Assembly: GCA_051362555.1 (NCBI GenBank)
Contig: CM120646.1
Span: 22,010,001-22,074,000, forward strand
Direction of reading: 5' to 3'
DNA: 64,000 bases
Source: Lingula anatina
Lineage: Eukaryota; Animalia; Brachiopoda
The first letter of the stretch is position 1; each line of letters starts with the position of its first letter. Below, piece after piece: positions 50,120 to 63,780 of this stretch. Below the pieces are notes generated by a model that was given only the letters and a program-made list of their open reading frames with translations, was not told where the DNA came from and searched no databases. The position numbers and the translations under genes were made by a program.

Positions 50120-51580
50120 TGAAAAACGAACCTGGCAACCAGAAACTAGTGTCGTTTTTCAAAAACGATTCTGAGAAGCCAAAATCGTTTTTGCGGAGAG
50201 AAACAGAGGTGGGCAGAGGGAGAGGCAACCAGCGGTTAGCGTGTACCGCGATTAGGTAACCCTCACTGCGAAAGCCGGGTAGGGTTTTACGGTCTCTACT
50301 CGATGTGCGCTGAGACCGAGACGGTCGCCGATTATTGCCTACGGGATACGGGCAACTCTCATCGCAGAAGCTTGACAGGGTGTTTACAATGTTACGGTCT
50401 TTCCTCGCCGCGCTGGGAGGCCGAGTTGACCGCCGCTACCAGTCACAGGCAGCCTGCAAGGGTGAGGTTGAAGAGGGGAAAGGGGCCCCCGGGGCCTCCC
50501 TTCGTAGTTTGAAGTATAATTTTTAATTTTATTGAATTTTGCAAAAACGATTCTGATGCCCAGAGACCAGGGTCGTTTTTTGACAACCAGAAACTAGTGT
50601 CGTTTTTCAAAAACGATTCTGAGAAGCCAGAATCGTTTTTGCGGAGAGAAACAGGGGTGGGCAGAGGGAGAGACAACCAGCGGTTAGCGTGTACCGCGAT
50701 TAGGTAACCCTCACCGCAAAAGCCGGGCAGGGTTTTACGGTCTCTCCTCGACCAGCGCTGAGGCCGAGACGGTCGCCGATTATTGCCTACGGGGTACGGG
50801 CAACTCTCATCGCAGAAGCTTGACAGGGTGTTTTACGATGTAACGGTTTTTCCTCGACGCGCTGGGAGGTCGATTTGACCACCTCTACCAGTTTCAGGCA
50901 GCCTGCGCAGCGGAAGCAAGGAATGGGGTTAAAGAGGACCTGGGGATGGGGGTGGGGGGATAAGGGTGAGGGTGAAGAGGGGGGAAGGGGCCACCGGGGC
51001 CTCCCTTCGTAGTTTGAAGTATAATATAATATAACGCCTGTCTCGCTCGTGTGGCCGCTGATCCGCACAGGCAGCTTTCACCGCGTAGGTATTCAGGGAG
51101 TTACGCTTTTTTTCTCGGCGTGCGGTGAGGACTAGATGACCGGCCGCCTTCACAGGCCGCCTTCACAGCGTAAGCCGTGAACGGTGGGCGGATGAGAGGA
51201 AAAAGGGGGAAGGGCCCTCAGGCTCACCCTTTGTAGTTAGAGGTATAGTTTTTAATTTTATTGAATAATAATGATAAAAACGATTCTGGCAATCGGAAAT
51301 CAGTGTCGGTTTTTTTTTTTTTTTTTTTTTTTTTAAACGATTCTGAGAAGCCAGAATCGTTTTTGCTGAGAGAAACAGGGGTGGACGTAGGGAGAGGCAA
51401 CTGGCAATGCATTCGTGTCTACCGCGACCAGGTAACCCTCTCCGCGTATCCGGGCAGGCTGTTACGCTCTCTCGAGACGTCCGCTGATCGATGTCTAGCT
51501 GCGGTGCACAGATCATCGATAGACATCGATCGGCGGACGTCTCGAGAGAGAGTAACAGAAAGACAGAAAGACAGAAAGCA
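50120..51580. repeat. GC-rich complex tandem repeat (about 450-bp unit, about 2.5-3 copies) ending in a 39-bp-arm palindrome
   Basis: CAACCAGAAACTAGTGTCG at 50136 and 50584; AAAACGATTCTGAGAAGCCAGAATCGTTTT hairpin three times; inverted arms at 51459-51497 and 51520-51558. Confidence 0.85.
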
Positions 51581-52035
51581 GTCAATAAAATGGCCTAAAA
51601 CGTCTGTAACACTGGCCGGACAGACCTTTTGGCATAATATCTTTCGTCCTTCCTTCACTATAACACTGAGCCACACAACAGTGGTCAATTTCCTGCTTAA
51701 GTAGAGACAGCTACTCCAGTATGCGTCTCCCGCCATGTTGCATTAATTTGACACATGCAGTGTAAAATATCAGCGAAGCATTGATTGGCTTAAAAACCGG
51801 AGGCTGGGGGAAATAAACCAATCGTTTACTTTGACTTAAATACCTTTCGTTTTGAACTTGTAGGCAGTCATGTGACGCGAGAGTCCCGTGAAACTTGTGA
51901 AGTTTCGTGTTTCCGATCGAACAGTACGATCAGTCGGAAGTCGGGGAAAAAATAAAAAATTCTTTGGTTTAAATATTTTTTTCTCTTTTGGCCATTTTGA
52001 GCTTGAGAAATATGTTATTAAAAAAAAAACTACCT

Positions 52036-52486
52036 AATAGTCCTTATCGTGTACCAAGTGTTTTATGTGCACTAAACCCAGTTTATGTGTAGCATTCAGT
52101 ATTCGGGAACGAGGAAGTAGGTCAGCTTTATCTTTGACATAACGTGCGATACGGTGTTGTGCTTGAGCTAGATGCCACACGTATGTAAGTGGTAAGTTAA
52201 ATACTTGGTCATGTCTGAATATTTTCACTCCTGAGTAAAGCGTGGGTCACACTGCGCTTCCAACCTTTTGGCAAATTTTTGGCAACCTCAGTGGCAAGGA
52301 AGTTACCATAGGTTTTAAAGTGGTCACCTTAGGTTGCTAAAAGGTCGCCAGCGATCGTTGACACATGAAGGCCAATATTTGTGCACCGACTACCAGTGCG
52401 ACTGAAAAAAAAAAAGAAAAAAAAATCGGTATCCCAGAGTTTCAACATCGTGGTCGATTGACGGTCTTTAGTCGCTGGTGGCCTAT
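52036..52486 (+). repeat. Second copy of the 31531-32110 segment; the element's probable right end is at about 53500-53638 after nested insertions
   Basis: Colinear with 31531-32110; GCAGCGTGACTGAGCCTT at about 53620-53637 is the inverted terminus. Confidence 0.7.
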
Positions 52487-52736
52487 AGCCTATTTTTTAT
52501 GTTCAGACACAGATGTGTCTGTACATATATCCGTCACCTGCTTCTGTCGCCGTCACCGTTGCCGTTGTCGCACACTTTCCGTTATAACATGATAAGTGAA
52601 AAACCGTTTTACATTTTGTCCTTTAACTTACGGAACTTAACTAGGTTTAAAAAATATTCACATTTATAATTACTGTGATTCGAATTCAGTGCTAGTTACA
52701 ATATATATATATACGAGGTTGATATTAACGTTGGTA

Positions 52737-53349
52737 AACCCTCGGTCACAACCGGTCGTACGGGCTCTTACGGCCCGTTTGCGTCCAAATTTTGTGCAGA
52801 ATCTCACGTGCCGCGCAAGTCCTTCTTGCGAAACTTGGAGTTTGCAGACAGCACGTAAGCACATACGGAGGATGTTGGACATGTCCAAAAGATTCTACTA
52901 ATAATCTGCGAACAGCGATTCAACTTCAAATATGCCCCCAAAAGGCAAGGGAAAGAAGCTAAGAGAGCAGAAAAGAAGGAAGAAGGAAAAAGAAAGAAGG
53001 GTAGAACAGGAGGCAAAACTGACGTACAGGGTCTGTACGTCATTACAAGCGTGTGAGGAAGTGTGAAGCAAAAGGAAATTACTTTCGCTGTGCCTAGCAT
53101 TCTCTTCACAAATGATGAGTGCGTGCCACGTACGCAGGTAGCAAGACAAACTCAATAAATAAGTACATCGCACCTTGCAATTAGCGTCCCTGCTTCTCAC
53201 GTGGATCCTGCGACTCGCAAGGCAGACTTGTGCCTTTCCTTTGCAAGTTTTTCTCTACCTCTATGAACTCTACGGACTCCACTGCACCCAAATTTCGCAG
53301 GGGCCGTACGATCCTAAAATTCGTGCGTCCGGTTGTGACCAAGGCTTTA
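52737..53349 (-). mobile_element. R1 internally deleted copy with both TIRs (Harbinger-like, tentative)
   Basis: taAACCCTCGGTCACAACCGG ... CCGGTTGTGACCAAGGCTTta; body homologous to the other R1 copies. Confidence 0.75.
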
Positions 53350-54086
53350 GGTTTGTTTTCTTACAATTGCAAAATGAGCAAAATACGTAATAAAACAACC
53401 TGACGTCCAAGTATTACAACAGCCAACACGTCCCCTTCTCTTTGTGAAGTTGTTTTTTGATGTTTTTTTTTTTTTACTAGAACGTTTTTCCTGTCCTCTG
53501 AGAGGGGTATGGTTGCCATACTGCAACCTTGTTACAACCGGTGTGCGATCAAATATGCCAAAGCTCGCAAAATGTCACATGCGACCACCCAATTCTGTGG
53601 TTGCCAACACGCTGCAAAAGCAGCGTGACTGAGCCTTAACAGCATTTTCAGCACTATGCGTTAAGCCCCCTTTACACTGGACGGCGTCCGAGGTATCTGT
53701 ATGTATGTATGCCCCCCTTTGATAGTAAAAAGAAAATAATAATAATATTTTACGTGCTGACAACTGACCGATCATTGAGTAGCCACTCTGCCTCCAAACT
53801 AATGTTTTTGCTTCGACTACAGCGATGCCAGTTTCACCTACATATATCACACAAAGGGCACAGAAAGGATGCCGTCCAGTGTGTAGGTTTTTTTGATACA
53901 TGGGCTGATTAGTCGTCCCCTTCGACAACTTTCCTCTCTCAGTGCGATACATGCATATGCACTAGAAAGAGACATGACAGGGGATAAACTGCATTTCTCC
54001 AAGGAGACACTATCTGTATGCTCGAATTCCAAATATATTTCAATATTATTAATGCGACTCTAATAAACGATTGTATACATATTTAA

Positions 54087-57000
54087 CCCCATAAAGCCCG
54101 TCACCGCATATGTGCGGTTCAATTATCGCTTACCCCAAACGCCCAGAACCGCATATGTGCGTATCTGGGAAAGACCGGCTTCTGTACTCTTTTGTATCGT
54201 GAGTCATGAAATGATATATAGTTTAACATCCGGGTATGTTTCTTGTCTCTCATTGCCACCATTTTTAAAGGCGATAGAAATATATATGAGCGAGAAAACG
54301 GCGATTTTCAAGACGTAGTTGGAGAAAGTAAAATCAAGATGGCGGCTCCTCGCTACGGTAGGGATCTGCGAAGGGATACTGTTATTGAAATGATTAAAAA
54401 CCCGGACTTTTATGAGAAGTTTTTGTGTGACATTGACATAGTCAGTGACGATGATATTCATTTATTTATGATATAAAGGACGATAGAAATATATATGAGC
54501 GAGAAATCGGCGATTTTCTAGACTTAGCTGGAGAAAGTAAAATCAAAATGGCGACTTCTCACTACGGAAGGGGCCTGCGAATGGATACTTGTATTGAAAT
54601 GATTGAAAACTACGACACTGATAAGGTGTTTTTGAGTGACAGTGATATAGACAGTGACGATGATATTCCTTTATTTATGATATAAGTTTTATAGATGTTT
54701 TTTGTCATAGATGGTGTTAAAATTTGACTTCTATTCAGCCCTGGCCACGAAGTTCAGGTGAGCTGAAAAGCTGGCTCATGTTTACCTGATAGCAAAACGA
54801 GCATAACTTGGAATTTAATGGAGGTAACTTGCTGAAATTTCCTGGATTGAAAGTTACTTTAATCAAGGAGTTATAACAGAAGGAGATTACACGCAAGCCT
54901 TTCTATTGTCCGATGTCTGTTACGGTGGGCGGAGCTAGCTACGGGGGGCCTCCGGTCTCAAGGTTTCGTCTGCGTCGCTCTCCTCAGCTTGGAGATAAAT
55001 TTCATATGCGTTATTTCGCGTTAGAATTCGAGATCAGTAATGTCAAAGCGCCGCTGTATGCTGACGATTTTTTTCACAGGTAATTATTTGGACGATGTGC
55101 TGGAAGGGAACGATATCATAGAAAGCGATTATAAGGTGGTGACTGAGGATGGTCGCCATGAGCTTTTTTTAGTCGGTGATAGATGGCTTTTTTATGGCAC
55201 AACCCGGTGAAAAATCACCAAGGAGAAGTCAAAAGAAAACGTCCCAACTGTGGTTTGTGAAAATGACGTTCAAGTGAACGTCTGTCCTCACTGCCAAAGG
55301 ACATAATATTAATACATTAACGTTTGGACCCTCCTGCCCTTGGGTCCCATAAACATATACATTGTGACAGTGCCTACGCTTTGTGTCTGGTTTTAAATTT
55401 CTTTAAGTATTTTTTCTCTCACTCGGTATAATTTTAATATTATAATGCATATTATAATGCATCTATACTCTGTTAAAATCTCTTAAGAGATTTTAACAAA
55501 AAACCCAACTTTTTAGAAAAAAACCAGGGACTAACTTTGAATGTAAAAATGGATTCATTAACTATTGGTAAGCATGGGAAAATTGTTGTTTACTCCAGGA
55601 AAATTCATTTTTTGGCCGAAACGAAGAGTTATTATTGCTTTAAGAATAATTTTTATTCATTCAGAAATATATTTATGTACAAAATATATCAGAAATTTTA
55701 GTATTCACTGAGCTCTTTAAAGTGAAACAAATAAAGATGAGTATATTGAATTTCAAACTATTATTTACTATATTAACTTAAAATATCTTTTAAGTCAACT
55801 CTATACTCAAGCACTCTATACTCATGAAAGTAGCATCTGTGAGTAAAACCATTTTATTATATCAATAGAAGAACAAAAACAAAAATTTTACACATAAGCA
55901 GTAATAAATGAAGTCATAAGAATGATTAAGTTGCTACAGTTTTCCAGTTTTATGCAGTCTATGATGGCATTTTTTTCAACCGTGCAAATAGAAATAATTA
56001 TATTCTTTTTTATCTGACTTGCTGATACCAGTCTGTGCCAGATACTATTCCACTTACAGGCCAGCAAGGTCTGAGAATCTAATGGGCCGAATGAAAAAAA
56101 AAATCCTAGAAGATAAAGTGGTTAATTCTTACAAATAGGATGAAAAACATGGGATTTTCAAAAGGTTATTATAGATCAAGACAACACTTAGTAAGAACAT
56201 TTATAAAATGTAACAGCTGAAAAAATTAACTGGTAAGTAAGCAGTAAGTGACTGCTTTAAAGAAATTTCACTGAAACAGAAATTTCACTGGCAATCAACA
56301 ATTTATATATAGGTTTTGAATTTTTTTCCATGTAACAGTAACATAAAATTTATGTCCACTTTTGCAATGTATAGAGTCAGTTAGGTGACTGAAAATAATT
56401 TAAAATGTCATAAAGGAGCACTATTAATTTAATGCAATCTCTGTTGGCCAGTCTTATCCAGTTTCTTCTCCAAAAAGGACAACTCAAGTGAGAATTTCTT
56501 CAGGGCCTTTTCTTCTGCCTTGCTAATGCCATGCCACTCAGAAAAGAGAGAAACCTGTAGGTTAGAAAAAAAAACATAATAATAGCATTATGAACTACTA
56601 GTATCCATGTAGACATTATGGAATTATGCAGTGAAGTTCAATGCGTCTTGTTATGACTTGACTGAAATAATGTTCACCACATAAATGAACAATTTACAAC
56701 TAAATTCATATAGAACATCAAGATTCATGATCACAAGCTAATAACCCCAAGAAATTGAAAGAAATTGTACTTATTACAAGAAATTATTTAAATCTGCCCT
56801 GGTCCCTACTCTTCTGACAGGACAAAAAGGGGATTTCAGAGAGGCTGGTTGCTAAAAGGAAAATGCCCAAGGTTGTTGTATTTTGAAAAAAAAATTAAAT
56901 AGGGTACTGTTGTTAGTGAATGTTTAATGCATCTTAGGCATTATGACAAAAGTAACTTACCCCAGACACACTGACCTCCTTTTTTCATTGACATATTTTA

Positions 57001-59092
57001 ATTTTTTCCAGCCTGACCATAATTCATATATTCAATGCAGCCTTCTCCCATATCTATAATAGAAAAAAAAAACTTGAGTAGTGTTAAGATATGCATGTCA
57101 AATTCATTATCAATTTTGAGAGAATTTCTGTTTCAACACTACAAGATGAAATATTTAATTTCAAGTAATGAATAAACCTTAATAGAGTTCTATTCTTTTG
57201 TAACCACCAAGGCAAAGCTTCTTTCTTAAAATGAACTGAAACATCCAAGCTTGCCACCTAACATGCCAAAGTAGTGAAGTATAATTTAAGTAGAGAAGCA
57301 AGTACCCCTTAATTATAGAGGTGTCTTACACAATAAAGTGTGTCTTACACACCTCGACTCAAAGAGAGATGTGTAGTGAGATAACAGGTAAAGTAATTGG
57401 TGGAGCCTAGGTGAACTTAAAACCTTAAGACTTTAAATTAAGAAGCACCAGGATTCATGTGTGTTCTTTTTTCAAAGGTTTAATATGAATTAAAACATAT
57501 ATATGTAAAAAGAAGACTAAATAAGTTAAAAATAACTATACCAAAGACACTGTGAAGTCTAACTTCCTGTTAGACCGCCATGATGGAAAATGCTGGGTGG
57601 AGGCAAAATTTTCCAGTCAAAAAAACTGAGCACTTTACTTTAACAACAAAGTTACCACTCCAAAGCCACCCACCATGGTGAGAAGAAAAATGATGACCAA
57701 CTGTCATGATAAGTCTTTTTAGATTTAGACATGAAAAAGGTAAAGGCCAAAATGGTACATTTACCCATAACACTAGAGTAAAAAATTGGTATTCTGAACA
57801 AATCGGGTTATTTTTTTCAAGAAATATTGGAGCAGTATCCATGCAATATATACCACGCCACGACCAAGATGTTCAAGAATCTAAACACTCCAAATTTTTT
57901 TATAATCTTGCATTTGAAAAGTACAAAAAGCGGTAAGGCTTTTGGCCATAACAAGCGTAACACTTTTTGATCGGAACTCATGAAAATTGTCAATTGTCGT
58001 ATCCAAGCTAGACCACATGTAAAATCGCAAAAAAAAAACAATACTGCTCAAGCAAGTGTGTTGCACACATAACAGTTAGTTAAATTTTATGACTGTCATG
58101 TGACACAAGTTTCAAAAAGTAGGAGGAAAATGTCTTTTGGAGTAATTTTTTTTTCGAAATATTAACAAGATGGCGGCTTAAGCATCTGCTTGTTATTCGG
58201 CTACTGAAAGTGCACCTAAGTTTTATTCTTTGCTATTCCCACAAATTACTTAACAATTGCAACTGTATAAAGACCAAACTTTCTTCATCTGATACTATAT
58301 TTATAGGCACTTGTTATGAGTGGGAAATATTTTTCGTGCAATATTTATTCTCCACACACCACCTCGCGAGATCAACGTGAAGCTGGACACTTACACAGTG
58401 AGACCCTACGACATAAAAGTTGCAATTTATCTTCATATTTCGTGTAGTTATGCATTTAAAAGCACTTACCTGTTTTTTGAAAACCTTGTCCAACGTAATA
58501 TCATATAAATTCTGTATTTCTCTCATTTTTTAGAAACTTGGGACTCCGTTTCTGTTTCTGTCCTCAAAAATCAACAGACGAAGGCACAGATACTAACAAA
58601 CGAGATTTAAACGAGAGTAGCAATTAAGCGTAACAGAGATAGGCATCCATTGTTCTCTGGGTTCTATTCATTCCGACCAATGAGAGACCGTAATACGGGC
58701 TCCGCCCCCACGCGTGTAATCTCCTTCTGTTATAACTCCTTGCTTTAATTGACATCATCTCTGTGAATTTTCAGGCAAATGTTTGGAGAAATAAAAAAAA
58801 TTAATGTGCATAAGATAAATCAACTTTGTTTTATTTCACCCATTACCAAATGAAAATGTACTTTTTAACCGGCCATAACTTTTGGTACTGCATGTTGAAT
58901 TTAAATATAATTCTATTTTCATTTAGCTTGAAATATTGGCTTTTTAAAAATGTATACTTTGTATGGGTAATAAGAGCAAACTAACAAATTATGGCCAATT
59001 TACTGAGGTGACCCGGCTTTTCAAGGCTAGCTCACAGAATTAATTGGGCGCAGCAGAACTTTATGGGTCAGCATTAACTGGGTTCTATGGGG
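54087..59092. mobile_element. piggyBac-like non-autonomous element (5.0 kb including nested insert)
   Basis: TTAA-CCCCATAAAGCCC ... GGGTTCTATGGGG-TTAA; tandem 210-bp duplication at about 54265-54685 encoding an acidic peptide (..SDSDIDSDDD) resembling a transposase N-terminus. Confidence 0.75.
54864..58742. mobile_element. 3.9-kb P-element-like non-autonomous transposon nested in the piggyBac-like element
   Basis: Perfect 31-bp TIR CAAGGAGTTATAACAGAAGGAGATTACACGC and 7-bp TSD CTTTAAT; no intact transposase ORF seen. Confidence 0.88.
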
Positions 59093-59313
59093 TTAAGCAA
59101 AATAGGTCTTGCAGAAACAACTAGGAAGTAAATGCATGATTGTGCAAGTGGAAATGGTGTACGAATCTTTGACGAAAACACAATAACTGTGATCCTTAAA
59201 GATCTACACTTATAAGTGATTAAAATAATAAATTTTATCAGTGTTTTCAAAACCATCAAATGCATGCTATGTATATTTTCAGAATTATTGCACACTGTGA
59301 ACGTGTTGATGTA

Positions 59314-61397
59314 ATGGGAGCCAGAAGCGAGTCAAAGCAAACCTTGATATTTATATGGATATATTCACTTATAAATTTCACAGTCATTGGGATAACAAAA
59401 GGTACGTTACTATGTACATTGTGTGGTGCTTTGGCCGAAAAATAATGCCACCAGCACACATTTTCATGTACGAAAACATACCTTTAACTCTGCTATGAAC
59501 TTGATATCGTACATAATCTAAATAAATATGATATATTTAGTAATTTATCTGGCGTCTATTGAAAAGTAGATCAATCGAGCTTCTGCACATTATCAAATTA
59601 GTTTCGATCCCCTTTCTAAATAATAGCTAATACACCAACCTATATCAGGTAATAGGTATATAGGCTAATTTTCGTGATATAATCTTGTAAAGGGATGAAG
59701 TTACGACCCATACCAATTGCTATCTCAGCCCAAAATAGAAAGGTGTAAAATTGTCGATTAAATTTAAGCTTTGAGTTGCCTATGCTTATACATTGCAACG
59801 AAAAAAAATATAAACGCTGATATTTTATATTTTCAAGGCTTTTTTATTGTTTTAAATCTGTACAAAGATACATTTTCAGTATCTGGATGGTAATAAAGGG
59901 TTACAATAGCCTTAATATCAACCATGATTGGAATAAAGACCAACCGCACGAAAACGCAGTAGATACTCAAGCGCAGTAGACTACTGCAATCTTACTGAAA
60001 ACATGCTTCAAATCTGCTTCGATTTGGGAGCTAATTAGCATATTTGAAACATGCTTCTGTCATGCTGCTAATCTACTGCAATAAAGCTCCTCTCTGTAAA
60101 AACCTATGTACTTTTTAGAGTAGAATTGCAGTAGGCTATACTGCATTTCTACTGCAAATATGCTCCACACCACTACTGCGTTAATGCTTCTTTGCTACTT
60201 TGATACTACTCCGTTTTCGTGCGGGTTAATTAAGTTTTCGGCTTTTTCAGGGGCTTAAAAATGCAAAACAATATTTGGCTTTCACTTGTCTTTTATATAT
60301 AAATAGGTGCATCCTGTAACTGGTTAGTTTCAACGTCTTCCACATTGGATGGTGTTCTAGGAGGATCTGTTGTTCTACCATGTTTATTTACTATAAGTAA
60401 CGGGGCTGCTCCTGTCTACACTGTCACATGGATGACCTCCAGTAACACCCTGGTACAGACATATTTCAATGGTGTACTCCAACCACCAAGCACCAACACA
60501 TGGGGAGGCAGAGCCAGCCTCACTGACCAGGCATCTCTGAGGCTGAACTCTATAACACAGCAGGACGGTGGACAGTACACTTGTAAGATCCGTTTGGTGA
60601 TTGTAACAGGTTGCACAGTAGATGCAAACGACTTCGAGAGACGGGCTCATACCAGGATTGCCGTGACAGGTAGGAAGTGTATTATGTAGACTCTCACTTC
60701 TCTGGTTTGCACCTGTATAGTAGACGCAGTGGCGGATTTAGAGGGGGGTTCAGGGGGATTCTGACCCCCCTTTTCGATTTCTGAAAAATATATCAAACCA
60801 ACGGTCCTCTCTAAAAAATAAGAATTTTGACTAGCTGAATCATACTTGTTAACAGTGCCAAATGGCACCGTTCGTCCTCTAAAATACCAAAATAATTCGG
60901 GGCCTTTCAGTGGGCCCCGAGCCCCACGCGAAGGAGGGGGGAGGTCTGCTTCGCATCCGTAGATCCCCCCTTCAAATAATAATTGGTCCGTCCCTGAGAG
61001 GGGACAGGTAGTGTTGGTAGATTGCTTTAAGTCATTTTCTGTGCGCCTAGGATAAGGGTACATTATATATCTAACTCGAGTATCCCACATCAGAAATACC
61101 ACGCCAAACTATGTTTTGCAATATTCTTCCCCAACATTAACTTAGAGCAAGAATCACGGCTAAATATCAGCACTACATTTCAGGACCAGATTTACACTAT
61201 AATATAAATCATTTACAATAGAAATAAAAGTGTATGAAATTACCATAGCTAGCTTTATGTGCGATGGCTAGAAGTTAACCAGAACTTGTTTCATTTCTGT
61301 CCTACTCTATTCAGTTCTGATGTGGTCCGTTAGTAATACAAAGTGCCAAACCTGGAAATTACATCTCCATTTTTGGGCCTTTTTATGGACCGAATTG

Positions 61398-61466
<69 letters not shown>

Positions 61467-63780
61467 GGCCTCAGAAGAGAAATAATTCAAGTGATTAATG
61501 TTTGTTTCAAGAACATTTTATTCTAAACTCTAATCTCTAGACCATTGAAAACGTAGTAGATGAAGTCGTATTGGAATTGACTACAAACAGTTTAATACAA
61601 AAAGTATGCAAAATGCACATTTAATTCCCATCAATAGCCAACCAACTACAACTGGAATGTTAAAGTTTCTTTTAAATATCAATCGTATGCTGTCCCCATT
61701 TTCTTTGAAACAGGTAATTTCATTAACTTCATTTTAGTAAAACCATCTAATATGACAATTAGAGGTCTAAGCGGACTTGTTCCTGAGGGGATGCCAACTA
61801 GTGTCCAGTGTACCATAGGACGAATACTATTACCAACTCCATATGACGTCTACTTCAAACAAGGAGATGCTACGGAGTACAAATTGTCAGGTTTATCAAC
61901 CTCCAGTAATTCTGATGGTACCATATCTGTCACAGCGTCTACATCTGTCCAGCTTGATAAGTCAGATAATCGGAAGCCATTCCAGTGTATTGTGAGGAAC
62001 AGAGGAAATGGGACTGCCCTAGGATCTACTAATGTTACTATGCAGGTGGCATGTACGTAACGGGTACAGTTTTAGCTGCCATATTAGCAATTAAGTAAAT
62101 TACCGGATGCTGTTCGATGGATAGATTCTCATTTCTCAACACGTGGTATTTTAAACCGTGGTCTTTTAAACAGAAGTACATACATTTTGCACTGGCATCG
62201 ACACTTATAAGCTCTCGCACTGAAAAGGTCCACAACTATATACATATACTTATCATGCTTAACTCTATTTTTTCCAGATCCACCAACATCAGCATTATTA
62301 TCCCTGGTTGAAAAAAGTACATCTGACCCCATCCAAGCAGGTGACCAAGTTGTATTCCAATGTACAACACTAGATGGTAACCCAGCTCCAATCCTCCAGA
62401 TATATAGAGGAAGTACTGCAGTATCCAATACAGGATCCTCACCACTGAAGTACCCTAGAATCATACTGGGCAGTGATAACCTGGCTACATTCACATGTAA
62501 AGCCACTACCACGGGACTATCTGGAGAAATAACATCTAATGTACTCAACTTGGCTGACATACACTGTGAGTTTATATACGTATCATGCATGAATTCTAGT
62601 ACATATATTTTCCGAAAGCAGAGCATCAAAATGATCCACTATTGTCAAAGTTGGAAATGGGTAATTGAAATGTTACTTTTCATTTTGTTTCGATTTTTTT
62701 ATAATTGATCATGCATTTTTTTTATCTTTTTGACATATTTTATTCGATATCTTCATTTAACATATGTCTGATGGGATAACTATGTTTCAGATGTGTGCCT
62801 ACAATTACAGGTACTTTAATACTATCTATTTACTGTGTCCAGAACATCAGTTTACCCGTGTTATTGCAGTTTTTTCATGGTCCCGTAGGGTGAATCCTCC
62901 TCACTTCCGTCACATGTTCAGATGCTGCAAATATGGTGACAGCGGATAAATATAGATGAACAACTGTTAGTTTGTTTCTTCCGTTTTTTTAGAATGATTT
63001 TCAGCACGGGCGATTTAATGACTGCTATTCCCTTTTCTCAAAATAATTTCAGATAGACCAACAGTCACGGTAACACTTAAGGGTAATCCGGTGACAGTGG
63101 CCGAGGCGGATGACGTCACATTACAATGTGATGCACGTGGCAACCCTCCTGTGTATACGGAATATAGGTGGACGCATATTACATTCAAGAGTCCCGAGTC
63201 TCAATTAGTGTCAACTGGGAGAGAGTTGGTGCTGTCACGTGTTACATATTTAGACAACGGTGAATACGTTTGTGGTGTTAGAAACAGCGTTGGACAAGGC
63301 TTGGGGAGGAAGAGGCTAAACGTACTGTGTAAGTAGATAGTTAGCATATAATATTGCATAACTACATATAAATGGAATATGGTATCCTTTAGTGTTGAAG
63401 ATAATATCTTTTACCAAATCACTGTGAACATACTTTAAAATGTAGGGCATCCTTTTAATGTATTATTAATAAAATAAAACCCATTTCAGATTCACCAAAG
63501 ATCGCAGTGGAATCACGCATAGGTTCTGCATCTATCGGCGAACCAGCCACATTGTCTATCTCAGTTACCGCTAACCCAGCCAATGTTTCATTTTCCTGGA
63601 AGAAGAGAGTTGGCGATGGCAGGGAGCCTGTTGTTGCCGGTGTTGTCCTTACTGATCCAAGTTCATTGAAAAGTAAACTGTTTATTCCTAGTGTACAAGG
63701 AAGTGATTACGGACAGTATGTGTGCACAGTGTCACACACAGTGGGTAGCCGGGAATTTACTTTTGAGATAAGACCGAAAG
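59314..63780 (+). CDS. Gene D: Ig-superfamily receptor paralogue, 3'-partial (SP, V-set + 4 Ig; continues past window)
   Basis: Exons 59314-59401 (SP), 60307-60669 (V: VVLPC..VTW..GRASL..ASLRLNSITQQDGGQYTC), 61738-62052, 62278-62565, 63053-63328, 63490-63780. The last two exons and the following intron are near-copies of gene A 8774-9739. Confidence 0.88.
59944..60225 (+). mobile_element. MITE family R3 copy (gene D SP-V intron)
   Basis: CCGCACGAAAACG ... CGTTTTCGTGCGGG. Confidence 0.88.
60727..60996. mobile_element. Probable hAT-like MITE in a gene D intron
   Basis: CAGTGGCGGATTT ... TTGGTCCGTCCCTG imperfect inverted ends; no TSD recognised. Confidence 0.5.
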
